A program made the translations under genes and the position numbers. A model generated the notes under the pieces. That model did not search any database, was not told the origin of the DNA, and saw nothing but the letters and a program-made list of their open reading frames with translations. A DNA stretch of 64,000 nucleotides from an uncultured Bifidobacteriaceae bacterium (lineage in GTDB: Bacteria; Actinomycetota; Actinomycetes; S36-B12): assembly GCA_964597445.1 (NCBI GenBank), contig CAZQXO010000001.1, positions 46,978 to 110,977 of the forward strand, given 5' to 3'. This document shows, piece after piece, positions 7,779 to 17,339 of the stretch (its first letter is position 1; each line of letters begins with the position of its first letter).

Positions 7779-9122
7779 ATGCGCGTCGCCGTCGTCGGTT
7801 CCGGTCCCTCTGGCATCTACGCGGCGGACGCCCTGGTCTCGCAGGAGGAGGTGCCCGTCGAGGTGGACATCCTCGACCGGCTCCCCGTGCCCTTCGGCCT
7901 GGTTCGCTACGGGGTCGCGCCCGACCACCTCAGCATCCGCTCGGTGCGGGACACCCTGAACAAGGTGCTCCAGAAGCCGGGGGTCCGCTTCCTCGGCAAC
8001 GTCACGGTGGGGGCGGATGTGTCCGCCGCCGATCTCCTGCGCTTCTACGACGCCGTGATCCTGACCTACGGCGCGTCGAGCGACCGTCGCCTCGGCATCC
8101 CCGGGGAGGACCTCGACGGCAGTGTCGCCGCCACGGACTTCGTCGCCTGGTACTGCGGCCATCCTGACGCCGATCGCGCTCGGTTCGAGCGGCTGATTCC
8201 CTCGGCGAGATCGGCCGTGGTCGTCGGGGTCGGCAACGTCGCGATCGATGTGACCCGGGTGCTGGGCAAGACCGTGGGGGAGCTCGATCACACGGACATG
8301 CCCCAGCACGTGCTCGACACCCTGGCCTCCTCGGGCATCACGGATGTGTACCTGCTCGGTCGACGTGGCCCAGCGCAGGCGACCTTCACGACCAAGGAGC
8401 TCAAGGAGCTGGGGGAGCTGCTCGAGGCTGACGTCATCGTCGATCCGGCGGATGTGCTCCTCGATGAGGGCAGTGCCGCGGCGGCTGCGGCCGATCGCAC
8501 CATCGCCCGCAATGTGGATGTCGTGACCGAGTGGTCCCAGCGCACCCCCGAGGGCAAGCCCCGGCGGATCCACGTGCGCTTCCTGTCCCGTCCGATCGAG
8601 TTGCGGGGCGACGGCCGGGTGAGTTCCGTCCTCGTCGAGCGCACGTGCCTGACGCCGGACGGCGGCGTCGAGGGCACAGGCGTGACGGAGGAAATCGCGG
8701 CCGACCTCGTCGTCCGCTCGGTCGGATACCGCGGCATCCAGCTCGACGGCCTGCCGTTCGATGAGCGTGGGAACGTCGTTCCCCACGTCGACGGCCGGGT
8801 GACGACCGAGGGTGCACCCGTGCCCGGGTTCTACGTCGCCGGGTGGATCAAGCGGGGCCCCACGGGGATCATCGGTACCAACAAGAAGGACGCGGTCGCC
8901 ACGGTGACCTCGCTCCTCGAGGACCACGCGGCCGGGCGGGTACCGGAGGCAGGGGAGCCGGGAGGTCTGCCCGACTACCTTGCGGCGCGGGGAGTCGACG
9001 TCGTCGAGACGTCGGGGTGGGATGCCATCGACGCTGCGGAGCGTGCCCTGGGAGCCAGCCGTGGACGCGACCGGACGACGATCCACGACCGAGACGACCT
9101 GCTCGCGGCCTCGCGCGGCTAG
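7779..9122 (+). CDS. fprA: FprA-type (adrenodoxin-reductase-like) NADPH:ferredoxin reductase
   Basis: 447 aa with an ACAGGAG RBS. Motifs: MRVAVVGSGPSGIYAA (FAD GxGxxG), LVRYGVAPDH, second dinucleotide fold VVVGVGNVAIDV, and GWIKRGPTGIIGTNK near the C-terminus. Confidence 0.87.
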   Translation: MRVAVVGSGPSGIYAADALVSQEEVPVEVDILDRLPVPFGLVRYGVAPDHLSIRSVRDTLNKVLQKPGVRFLGNVTVGADVSAADLLRFYDAVILTYGASSDRRLGIPGEDLDGSVAATDFVAWYCGHPDADRARFERLIPSARSAVVVGVGNVAIDVTRVLGKTVGELDHTDMPQHVLDTLASSGITDVYLLGRRGPAQATFTTKELKELGELLEADVIVDPADVLLDEGSAAAAAADRTIARNVDVVTEWSQRTPEGKPRRIHVRFLSRPIELRGDGRVSSVLVERTCLTPDGGVEGTGVTEEIAADLVVRSVGYRGIQLDGLPFDERGNVVPHVDGRVTTEGAPVPGFYVAGWIKRGPTGIIGTNKKDAVATVTSLLEDHAAGRVPEAGEPGGLPDYLAARGVDVVETSGWDAIDAAERALGASRGRDRTTIHDRDDLLAASRG

Positions 9123-10093
9123 AACCAGCGCGGCCCGGTCTGCAGGGGCGCAACCTCCCACTCGCGCAGGGGAACGAGATCACCCCCGCAGGACTCGCGC
9201 CGCTCGGCCGCGTGCTGGACGCGCCGAACGCGGGTATGCCAGGCGCGACCGTCGGCGTGCCGCAGCTCGAGTTCGACATCGTCCTGAGCCGGGACCCAGT
9301 CCTGCCCGACGGGCATGGGCCGCTCCGGGGTGCGCACGAGCACGTCGACCGAGGACGCTCCCTTCTCGGAGATGGCCTGCCGGAGGGCGACGTCAGCTGC
9401 CTGGAGCGGTGCGGGCAACGAGGTCCGGCCGCGCAGGTGGGTCGGCAGCACCTCATGGCGGGCGATCGCTCCACGCAGCTCTCCCGCCTCCTCCGGCCTC
9501 ACCCGACCGTGGACCGCGCCGCTGGGCAGGGCGAGCGTCACCGGTGCCAGGCGATGTCCGCCGATGTGCGAGCACTCCCAGATCTCCGGGGAGATGGTCT
9601 CCGGGGAGGTCGTCTCCGGTGCCGTGATCTCGAGAGCGGAGATGAGGGCGCGTCCATCCCGGGCGCAGCACGCGTCCCGGCGCCCCTGCGTGCAGATGAG
9701 GAGGACAGGCCGGTCATCGACATGGCCGATGGGCGGGAGGCTGCCCTGGGCGACCCGGTCGGGGTCCCAACGGGAGAGGCAGGCCAGGTCCAGGGCCTCG
9801 GCACGCCGCAGCAGCATGCCTCCGGAAGCCGTGCGGGCGATCAGCACCGTCGGGGCGGAGGCTGGCGGCTGCTCCTCACGCCGTCCGGGGCGGCGGGCGA
9901 GGAGGACACCCACACCGGCCGCGGCCAGTCGCTGGAGGGACGCGCGCACGCCGGCGTCGAGCTCCGCATCCTCGAGTGCGACGCGGCCCCAAGGGCCCGG
10001 ATGCTCGACGACCAGCCAGGTGAGCGCGGTGGGTGCTGTTCCACCGAGGCGCTCGCCCACGTTCGCCGACGACTCCGAGCAGGTCAGCGTCAC
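9119..10093 (-). CDS. Sucrase/ferredoxin-like (thioredoxin-like Fe-S) family protein
   Basis: 324 aa. GTG 10093 overlaps the parC stop (GTGA). [17 protein letters not shown] and [12 protein letters not shown] match my recollection of the family. Its stop overlaps the fprA stop on the opposite strand (CTAG 9119-9122). Confidence 0.65.
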   Translation of the reverse strand: MTLTCSESSANVGERLGGTAPTALTWLVVEHPGPWGRVALEDAELDAGVRASLQRLAAAGVGVLLARRPGRREEQPPASAPTVLIARTASGGMLLRRAEALDLACLSRWDPDRVAQGSLPPIGHVDDRPVLLICTQGRRDACCARDGRALISALEITAPETTSPETISPEIWECSHIGGHRLAPVTLALPSGAVHGRVRPEEAGELRGAIARHEVLPTHLRGRTSLPAPLQAADVALRQAISEKGASSVDVLVRTPERPMPVGQDWVPAQDDVELELRHADGRAWHTRVRRVQHAAERRESCGGDLVPLREWEVAPLQTGPRWF

Positions 10094-12534
10094 AGGGTGC
10101 TGCCGATACCGTCGATGGGCGCCGACGCTGCCTGTCCTGTGCCGTCTCGCCGGTCATCCACCTCGGGCAGGGGTACGGGCACGCCGGAGGCACTGGCTGC
10201 GCGCGCGGGCGCACGGCCCGCCCACGCGAGCATGAGACGGTCCTCCCCGCTGCGGAACCGATGGCAGCGGACCCCGGAGGTACCCCGACCCTTGCGGGGA
10301 TAGGCCTCGAGCGCCGTCACCTTCACCGTTCCCGGCTCAGTGCCGGGGAGTGCCGAGTCAGCTCCAGCGACGGTCACGACCTCGGCTGGCGCTCCCGGGG
10401 GCACGACCGCGAAGGCGATCGCCCGGGAACCCGGCACCACGGAGATCCCGGCCATGCCACCCGCGGCCCGGCCCTGCGGGCGCACGGCCGACGCGGCGAG
10501 GCGCAGCAGCTGGGCGTCTGAGGTCAGGAACACGAGGTCCGCTCCCTCGGCCGCCGCCTCGGGAAGGGCGCCCGCGCCCACCACCTCGTCGCCGTCCTCC
10601 AGTCGGATAATCTCCCACGTCGCCTTGTTCTGGGGTGCATCCGGCACCACGCGCTTCACGACCCCGGCCGCCGTCCCGAGGGCGATCCCCTCCTCATCCG
10701 AGAGTCCGACGAGGGCGAGGGGGCGTTCGCCGGCGGGGAGATCGAGGAAGGCTCCGAGGGGCGCACCCGCGGACAGCACCGGGCCGCCGGCACGTGGGGG
10801 CACGCCGGGAAGGTCGAGCACGTGCAGCCTGTGCACGCGCCCCATCGACGTGACGAGACCGATGTCGCTTCGGGTGGTCGTGGCCACGGCGGACGTGATC
10901 ACGTCATGGGTGGACCGATCGTGGGCGCTGACGGTGGACGCCTCAGGCACACTGCTCGTCCGGGCGAGGAGACCCGTGCTGGACAGAAGCACGATGCAGG
11001 GCTCATCGCCGACCTCGAGCGGCACGGCCGAGGCGACAGAGGACGTCCCCTCCATGAGCAGAGTCCGACGCGGGGTGGCATGCGTCTGGGCGGTCTGCGC
11101 GAGCTCGGCAGCGATGGTGGATCGGAGGACCCCAGGATCATCGAGGATGGTGGTGAGTTCGTCGATCGCACGGCGGAGGTCGTCCGACTCCGCCTCGAGT
11201 TCGATGCGGGAGAAGCGAGTGAGGCGGCGAAGCGGCATGTCGAGGATGTAGGTCGCCTGCACCTCGCTCAGGTCGAACACCGTGATGAGACGCTCACGTG
11301 CGGCACCGGCATCATCGGACTCACGGATGAGTTGGATGACCTCGTCGATGTCGAGGATCGCCGTGAGGAGTCCCTCGACGAGATGAAGCCTCTCCTCGGC
11401 CCTGCGGCGTCGGAATGCACTTCGACGAAGCACGACATCCCGGCGATGGTCGAGCCACACCCGAAGCATGTCGATGAGGCCGAGTGTCTGGGGCTGTCCG
11501 TTGACCAGCGCCACCGCATTGATGTTGACGGTGTCCTCCATGGGCGTCAGCTTGAAGAGCTGCTCCAGCACTGCCTCCGGATGGAATCCGTTCTTGATCT
11601 CGATCACGAGCCGAAGTCCGGAGTCACCGTCGGTGAGGTCGACGACATCGGCGATCCCCTGGAGCTTCTTGGACTGGACGGCATCCTTGATGCGATCGAT
11701 GACGCGTTCGGGGCCGATGTTCAGGGGGAGCTCGGTGACGACGATGCCCTGACGCCTGGGGCTGACCTGCTCCACGCGTGTGCGAGCGCGTACCCGGAAG
11801 CTACCCCGACCGGTCTCATAGGCCTCGCGAATGCCGTCGAGCCCGATGATGACACCACCGGAGGGGAGGTCCGGGCCCGGGACGAAGGACATCAGGTCGG
11901 CCAGGGTGGCGTCTGGATTGTCGAGCAGGTGCCGCGCGGCATGGATGACCTCGGCGAGATTGTGCGGCACCAAGGTCGTGGCCATGCCCACGGCGATGCC
12001 GGACGCTCCGTTGACGAGCAGGTTCGGCACCGCGGAGGGGAGAACCTCGGGCTCAGTCTCCCTGCCGTCGTAGTTCGGAACGAAGTCGACGACGTCCTCG
12101 TCGAGGCTCGAGGTCATCTCGAGAGCGACAGCAGCGAGCCGGGCCTCGGTGTACCGCATGGCCGCTGGACCGTCGTCGAGACTGCCGAAGTTCCCGTGGC
12201 CGTCGACCATGGGCAGCCGCAGCGTGAAGGGCTGGGCCATGCGCACGAGGGCGTCGTAGATGGCGCTGTCGCCGTGCGGGTGCAGTCGACCCATCACCTC
12301 GCCCACGACGCGCGCGCTCTTCACGTGTCCGCGATCCGGCCTGAGGCCCATCTGCGCCATCTGGAACAGGATCCTGCGCTGGACCGGCTTGAGGCCATCG
12401 CGGGCATCGGGAAGGGCACGGGAGTAGATGACCGAGTACGCGTACTCGAGGAAGGACCCCCGCATCTCGGTCTCGACGTCCACATCCACGATGCGGCCGT
12501 GCTCCACGGGCTTGGGGGCCGATCGGCGTGCCAT
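10090..12534 (-). CDS. parC: DNA topoisomerase IV subunit A (type IIA topoisomerase A subunit)
   Basis: 814 aa. The N-terminus [37 protein letters not shown], together with [19 protein letters not shown] and the active-site region [10 protein letters not shown], is the actinobacterial ParC-type pattern rather than GyrA, as far as I can judge by eye. Confidence 0.85.
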   Translation of the reverse strand: MARRSAPKPVEHGRIVDVDVETEMRGSFLEYAYSVIYSRALPDARDGLKPVQRRILFQMAQMGLRPDRGHVKSARVVGEVMGRLHPHGDSAIYDALVRMAQPFTLRLPMVDGHGNFGSLDDGPAAMRYTEARLAAVALEMTSSLDEDVVDFVPNYDGRETEPEVLPSAVPNLLVNGASGIAVGMATTLVPHNLAEVIHAARHLLDNPDATLADLMSFVPGPDLPSGGVIIGLDGIREAYETGRGSFRVRARTRVEQVSPRRQGIVVTELPLNIGPERVIDRIKDAVQSKKLQGIADVVDLTDGDSGLRLVIEIKNGFHPEAVLEQLFKLTPMEDTVNINAVALVNGQPQTLGLIDMLRVWLDHRRDVVLRRSAFRRRRAEERLHLVEGLLTAILDIDEVIQLIRESDDAGAARERLITVFDLSEVQATYILDMPLRRLTRFSRIELEAESDDLRRAIDELTTILDDPGVLRSTIAAELAQTAQTHATPRRTLLMEGTSSVASAVPLEVGDEPCIVLLSSTGLLARTSSVPEASTVSAHDRSTHDVITSAVATTTRSDIGLVTSMGRVHRLHVLDLPGVPPRAGGPVLSAGAPLGAFLDLPAGERPLALVGLSDEEGIALGTAAGVVKRVVPDAPQNKATWEIIRLEDGDEVVGAGALPEAAAEGADLVFLTSDAQLLRLAASAVRPQGRAAGGMAGISVVPGSRAIAFAVVPPGAPAEVVTVAGADSALPGTEPGTVKVTALEAYPRKGRGTSGVRCHRFRSGEDRLMLAWAGRAPARAASASGVPVPLPEVDDRRDGTGQAASAPIDGIGSTL

Positions 12535-12592
12535 GGATACCTCTCGTTAGCCGGTGCGGTGCTGCCCTGGGACAACGCTCGATTCTGACGGA

Positions 12593-13474
12593 TCAGGGGT
12601 GCAGGGGACTGGCTCCGACACGGCTGACGCAGCGGCTGGCTGTCCTCTGGCCCGACTCAAGGCTGCTGCGGAGCCCGGCGCCGTCCAGCCATGCCGGGAG
12701 AAATCCGGCCGCGAAGGCATCGCCGGCTCCCGTGGTGTCGGCGCACGGGACGACGAGGGCCGGAACGTGGACGGTGTCGTGCGCATCAGCGGCGATGACT
12801 CCGTGCGCGCCCCTCTTGATGATCACGACGGGTGCACACCTGCGCAGTTCTTCCAGCGCTGCCTCTGCCGTGGCCTGGCCGCTTAGCACGAGCGCCTCAT
12901 CCTCGTTGGAGAGGAGAACGTCGATGCCCGGCAGGAGGTCCTGGACGAGCGCACGCTGCCGGGCCAAGGGATGGGCGGATGCGGGGTCCAGACTGACGGT
13001 CGCACCCCGGCTGCGGGCCTCCACGCAGGCCTTGATCGCTGTCGCCTGCGTCACGGGATTGAGCAGCGTGTAGCCGGACATATGCAGGTGTGTGTCCGAG
13101 GTCAGGTGAGGCAGGATGTCGGCCAGCGTGAGCTCGCTGTTCGCCCCAGGATCGGGAAGCATCGTGCGCTCGCGATCCCGGTCCACGATGACGATGCAGG
13201 TACCCGTGGCTTGGGAGCCCTCGCGAACGGCGAGCCGGACTCCCGCCTCCTGGAGCTGTCGCCTCAGGGCCTGTCCGAAGGGATCGGATCCGATGCACGC
13301 GACCAAGGTCACCTCGTGACCCTCGACCGCCATCCACGAGGCGGTGTTCGCAGCGGCGCCACCCGGGACGAGAGAGATGCTCGCCGGGGTGTCACTGGCG
13401 TAGACGATGTCGGTGTCGATCACAGCACTGACATCCATCATCACGTCCCCGACGATGACGCAGTGTCGCCTCAC
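12593..13474 (-). CDS. PfkB-family carbohydrate kinase, probable pseudouridine kinase
   Basis: 293 aa. It has the PfkB C-terminal motif DTTGAGDAFAAGFL. The GTG start overlaps the psuG stop (GTGA 13471-13474). Confidence 0.7.
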   Translation of the reverse strand: MRRHCVIVGDVMMDVSAVIDTDIVYASDTPASISLVPGGAAANTASWMAVEGHEVTLVACIGSDPFGQALRRQLQEAGVRLAVREGSQATGTCIVIVDRDRERTMLPDPGANSELTLADILPHLTSDTHLHMSGYTLLNPVTQATAIKACVEARSRGATVSLDPASAHPLARQRALVQDLLPGIDVLLSNEDEALVLSGQATAEAALEELRRCAPVVIIKRGAHGVIAADAHDTVHVPALVVPCADTTGAGDAFAAGFLPAWLDGAGLRSSLESGQRTASRCVSRVGASPLHP

Positions 13475-14415
13475 GCCTGCGTGCTCTCCAGAGATGCGTG
13501 ACGAACGGCGATGTGAGCGGCCAACTCCGAGTTGCGCAGGATGATGCGCTCGTTGACCACGAGGCTTGCGCCATGTGTCGCGCGATGGAAGTGGTCGAGG
13601 AGGAAGGGGGTCACGTCCTTGCCCGCAACGTTTCGGGCGGACGCCATCGTGAGTCCCTCGTCCAGAACCGCATGGTGGATGTCGGGATCCAGCTGCTCTG
13701 CCTCCGGAAGGGGATTCGCCACGACGAGTGCCGATCGGACGGCGAGTGACTGACGGGCCTGCATGATCTGCGCGACCTGGTCGGCGGTGTCGACGGTCCA
13801 GTCGACGGCGTAGCCCGAGTCCGAGAGATAGAACCCGGGAAACCGGGATGTCGCGAAGCCCACGATGGCGACGTTCAGCGTCTCGAGACGCTCGAGCGTC
13901 GCTTGCACGTCGAGAATCGACTTGACACCGGAGCAGACGACGGTGACCGGCGTCTCCGACAGGGCTGTGAGGTCGGCTGATTCATCCCAGCTGTCTCGCG
14001 CCTGACGATGGACGCCACCGAGCCCGCCGGTGGCGAAGACGGAGATGCCGAAGAGATGAGCGAGGTGGCTCGTCGCGGCCACGGTCGTGGCTCCGCTGCC
14101 CGATCGGGCGACGAGACTCGCGAGGTCCCGGGTTGTGACCTTCACGATGTCGTCGCGATCGGCGACCTGCTCGAGACCGGACTGATCGAGGCCGATCCGG
14201 ATGACCCCGTCGAGGACGGCGATCGTGGCGGGGGTCGCGCCGTGGGACCGAACCAGACGCTCGACCTCCGAGGCGACGCGCAGGTTCTCGGGTCGGGGAA
14301 GCCCGTGACTGATGATGGTCGACTCCAGGGCCACGACGGGGAGGCGTCCCCGGAGCGCCTCCTCCACCTCGGGAGAGACGGAGAACAGGCGCCGGTCGAG
14401 TCGATCCAGGTGCAT
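13471..14415 (-). CDS. psuG: Pseudouridine-5'-phosphate glycosidase
   Basis: 314 aa. Motifs: PVVALESTIISHGLPRPENL, ATTVAATSHLA, VFATGGLGGVHR. Confidence 0.88.
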   Translation of the reverse strand: MHLDRLDRRLFSVSPEVEEALRGRLPVVALESTIISHGLPRPENLRVASEVERLVRSHGATPATIAVLDGVIRIGLDQSGLEQVADRDDIVKVTTRDLASLVARSGSGATTVAATSHLAHLFGISVFATGGLGGVHRQARDSWDESADLTALSETPVTVVCSGVKSILDVQATLERLETLNVAIVGFATSRFPGFYLSDSGYAVDWTVDTADQVAQIMQARQSLAVRSALVVANPLPEAEQLDPDIHHAVLDEGLTMASARNVAGKDVTPFLLDHFHRATHGASLVVNERIILRNSELAAHIAVRHASLESTQA

Positions 14416-14446
14416 GTCACGACCCTATCCGGACCACAATGCACGC

Positions 14447-14950
14447 ATGGCGACTCGGGACGATGGCCCTGGAGCAGCCCTCCGGGTGCGCCCGATCGAA
14501 CCCTCGGATGGTCCGTCGCTCGAGGCTTTCCACCGAACCCTGTCCGACCGAACCGTGCACCTGCGCTTCTTCGGTCCGCATCCGTCCCTGACGCCAGGCG
14601 ACGTGGCCTACTTCACGGGGGTGGACCACCTCGCCAGGGAGGCCCTGGTGGCGGTGGCGGAGGCCCGCATCGTCGGAGTCGCACGCTTCGACGCCGTGGG
14701 GGATGGTCGGGCGGAGATCGCCGTCGTCGTGACGGATGCCTGGCAGGGACGAGGCGTCGGGGGTCTCCTGCTGCGGGCGCTCGCCCACCGGGCGCTCGCG
14801 TGCGGGATCACGACATTCGTCGCCGAGGTGCTGCCGGGCAATGCGCGCATGCTGCGGCTGGTCCATGCCGGCGGGTGGCCGACCCGAGAGCAGCTGAGCC
14901 GGGGCGTGGTGACGGTCGAGATGGATCTGACCGGGTGGGTGGAAGGATGA
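14447..14950 (+). CDS. GNAT-family N-acetyltransferase
   Basis: Start taken at ATG 14447 (MATRDDG...), downstream of the psuG start at 14415; ORF-track gives 14312. The acetyl-CoA motif WQGRGVGGLLLRAL is present. Confidence 0.75.
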   Translation: MATRDDGPGAALRVRPIEPSDGPSLEAFHRTLSDRTVHLRFFGPHPSLTPGDVAYFTGVDHLAREALVAVAEARIVGVARFDAVGDGRAEIAVVVTDAWQGRGVGGLLLRALAHRALACGITTFVAEVLPGNARMLRLVHAGGWPTREQLSRGVVTVEMDLTGWVEG

Positions 14951-14954
14951 GCAC

Positions 14955-15542
14955 ATGACCGACACAGCCCTCGGCCGGCAGCTCCGCAAGGACATCCAGA
15001 GGTCCGGCTACTACCCCGACCTCGTGGCCGACGCGCTCGAGACCGCCTTGGCAGACGAACCGCTGCTGTCCTATGTCGTCCACCACGAGGCCATGTTCGA
15101 TCGGGACGAGCTGCGTCGCCATGTGACCGTGCTCGCCCTGACGCCGACCCGCCTGATCGTCGAGCACACGGATGAGCATCCTGCGGACGAGGCGCACCCG
15201 ACGGCCTCGGCCACCGCATCAACGGAGGCTGTCCGACTCGAACGTGTCGATTCGGTGGTGGTGTCCCGGGTCGTGACGGATCCGGAGCGCCATCGTCCCG
15301 GAGGTTCTGCTGCGGAGGTCGTCCTCACCATCGGATGGGGCGCGGTCAGTCGGCTCGACCTCGAACCAGCCACGTGCGGCGATCCCCAGTGCGATGCAGA
15401 TCATGGGTACACGGGTACCGCTAGCAATGACGATCTCTCGGTCCGCGTGTCGGAGGCTGCCGATGGCGCCGCCGTGGTGAGCCAGGTGCTGGCGTTCGCT
15501 TCGGCCCTCTCGCAGGCCACGGTCGCGCGCGCGGCTCGGTGA
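14955..15542 (+). CDS. Conserved actinobacterial protein (recalled as DUF5998 family)
   Basis: 195 aa, starting 2 nt after the end of the GNAT ORF. Its stop overlaps the next GTG. The N-terminus LRKDIQRSGYYPDLVADALETAL and its position next to an alkaline-phosphatase-family gene fit my recollection of this family. Confidence 0.55.
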   Translation: MTDTALGRQLRKDIQRSGYYPDLVADALETALADEPLLSYVVHHEAMFDRDELRRHVTVLALTPTRLIVEHTDEHPADEAHPTASATASTEAVRLERVDSVVVSRVVTDPERHRPGGSAAEVVLTIGWGAVSRLDLEPATCGDPQCDADHGYTGTASNDDLSVRVSEAADGAAVVSQVLAFASALSQATVARAAR

Positions 15543-16636
15543 TCCCCCGCGCTGCCCTCACCCTGGCCGACGTCGGAACGTCGGCGGGGTCCGCCCTGGG
15601 GGTGCCCGGGATGGTCGATCGACTGGGGCTCGGCCGGGCCCGCCATGTGGTCGTGTGCCTGGTCGACGGTCTGGGGTGGCAGGCCCTCCGCGACCACGCC
15701 GACCTGGCACCGAATCTCTCCGCGATGGCCGGTGCCCCGATCCAGGCGGCATTCCCGACGACCACCCCCGTGGGCCTCGGCTCCTTGGGAACCGGACTCC
15801 TCGCAGGCCAGCACGGTCTCGTGGGAGCTGCCTTCGAGTACCCGGAGACGGGTGAGGTGCTCATGCCGCTCCAGTGGGGCCACCATCCGACGCCCGTGGC
15901 GGTGCAGCCGGAGCCCACGGTGTTCGAGCGTGTCGAACGCCACGGAGTCCGGGTCACGACGCTCTCGCCGGGGGCCTACGCGAACTCCGGACTCACGCGA
16001 GCCGTTCTGCGTGGTGCCACCTATGTCGGGTGCGAGGACGTGGCTTCCCGCGTCAGCAACCTCACCATGATCGTCACGTCACCCGATCCGTCCTTCACCT
16101 ACGTGTACTGGCCTGAACTCGATCGAGTCGGGCACGAGTCAGGCGTGGACAGTGACGCCTGGCGTGGTGCCTTGGCACGGGTCGACGGCCTCGTGGAGCA
16201 GCTCTGCTCGGTGCTCGTCCCCGGGACCGTCCTCGTCGTGACGGCAGACCATGGGATGGTCGACTGCCCGCCGAATCGTCGCGTCGTCCTCGAGGATCAC
16301 GCGGAACTGGCGCGCGGTGTCCGTCGCTGGGCCGGGGAGCCGCGGGTGCGTCACGTCTACACGGATCTGGGGGCACTGCCGGACGTGCACCAGGCGTGGG
16401 CTGATGTCCTGTCCGATCATGCAGATGTGATGACGCGCGCCCAGGTGATCGACACAGGTCTGATGGGACCTGTCGACGAGGAGCTCGAGGCGCGCATCGG
16501 CGACCTCGTCGTGCTGGCGCGTGCGAATGTCGCCCTCGCGAGCAGTGTGGACCGCACGGTGTCCTCCCTGCTCGGTCAGCACGGGGGCCTGACGGCAGAG
16601 GAGCTCCTGATCCCCGCGCTGATCGCTCGGGTCTGA
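15539..16636 (+). CDS. Alkaline-phosphatase-superfamily protein (type I phosphodiesterase/nucleotide pyrophosphatase-like)
   Basis: 365 aa. Metal/nucleophile motifs: VVCLVDGLGWQAL, FPTTTPVGLGSLGTG, VVTADHGMV. Confidence 0.75.
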   Translation: MIPRAALTLADVGTSAGSALGVPGMVDRLGLGRARHVVVCLVDGLGWQALRDHADLAPNLSAMAGAPIQAAFPTTTPVGLGSLGTGLLAGQHGLVGAAFEYPETGEVLMPLQWGHHPTPVAVQPEPTVFERVERHGVRVTTLSPGAYANSGLTRAVLRGATYVGCEDVASRVSNLTMIVTSPDPSFTYVYWPELDRVGHESGVDSDAWRGALARVDGLVEQLCSVLVPGTVLVVTADHGMVDCPPNRRVVLEDHAELARGVRRWAGEPRVRHVYTDLGALPDVHQAWADVLSDHADVMTRAQVIDTGLMGPVDEELEARIGDLVVLARANVALASSVDRTVSSLLGQHGGLTAEELLIPALIARV

Positions 16637-16670
16637 GTCTGCTGCTGGGTGGATGCGGCAGGATGGCGGC

Positions 16671-17327
16671 GTGGCTGAACTGACCTTCTTCTCCGGGACG
16701 ATGGACTGCGGGAAGTCGACGCTCGCCCTGCAGACCGATCACACCCACGCGTCACGGGGGAGGGCGGGGATGGTGTTCACCCGTCTCGACCGCGCTGGGG
16801 AGGCCGTGCTCTCAAGTCGACTCGGGCTCTCCGTCCAGGCCATCGAGGTGGACGACGCACTCGACATCCGGCGCATGGTCGTCGAACGCCTCTCCCAGGG
16901 TGCCCGGGTGGACTACCTGATCTGCGACGAGGTCCAGTTCTACACGGAGGAGCAGATCGAGCAGCTGGCCACCGTGGTCGACGAGCTCAGCATCGATGTG
17001 TTCGCCTTCGGGATCCTGACGGACTTCCGTACACGCCTGTTCCCCGGCTCCGCCCGGCTGATGGAGCTGGCCGACCGCGTCCAGGTGCTGCAGGTGGAGG
17101 CGCTGTGCTGGTGCGGGTCCAAGGCGATCCACAACGCGCGGACGGTGGACGGCGAGATCGTCTTCGAGGGGGATCAGGTGGTCGTGGGCGACACCTCCCC
17201 GGGACTCTCGGGCACGGTGGCCTATGAGGTGCTCTGCCGACGCCACTACCGAGCGGGTCTCACCTCGGCTCAGGCGAAGCAGGAGCACATGTCCAGCCAG
17301 CCGCTCCCCTTCACGCTGGATGGCTGA
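16671..17327 (+). CDS. tdk: Thymidine kinase
   Basis: GTG 16671 (AELTFFSGTMDCGKST P-loop directly at the N-terminus, with AGGA 8 nt upstream) is preferred over ATG 16653. The C-terminal zinc motif region CWCGSKA...EVLCRRHY is present. Confidence 0.88.
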   Translation: MAELTFFSGTMDCGKSTLALQTDHTHASRGRAGMVFTRLDRAGEAVLSSRLGLSVQAIEVDDALDIRRMVVERLSQGARVDYLICDEVQFYTEEQIEQLATVVDELSIDVFAFGILTDFRTRLFPGSARLMELADRVQVLQVEALCWCGSKAIHNARTVDGEIVFEGDQVVVGDTSPGLSGTVAYEVLCRRHYRAGLTSAQAKQEHMSSQPLPFTLDG

Positions 17328-17339
17328 CGGAGTTGGGTC

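Noticed and set aside
10822-12588. 588-aa ORF on the plus strand
   Set aside because: It is antisense to parC and carries no motifs.
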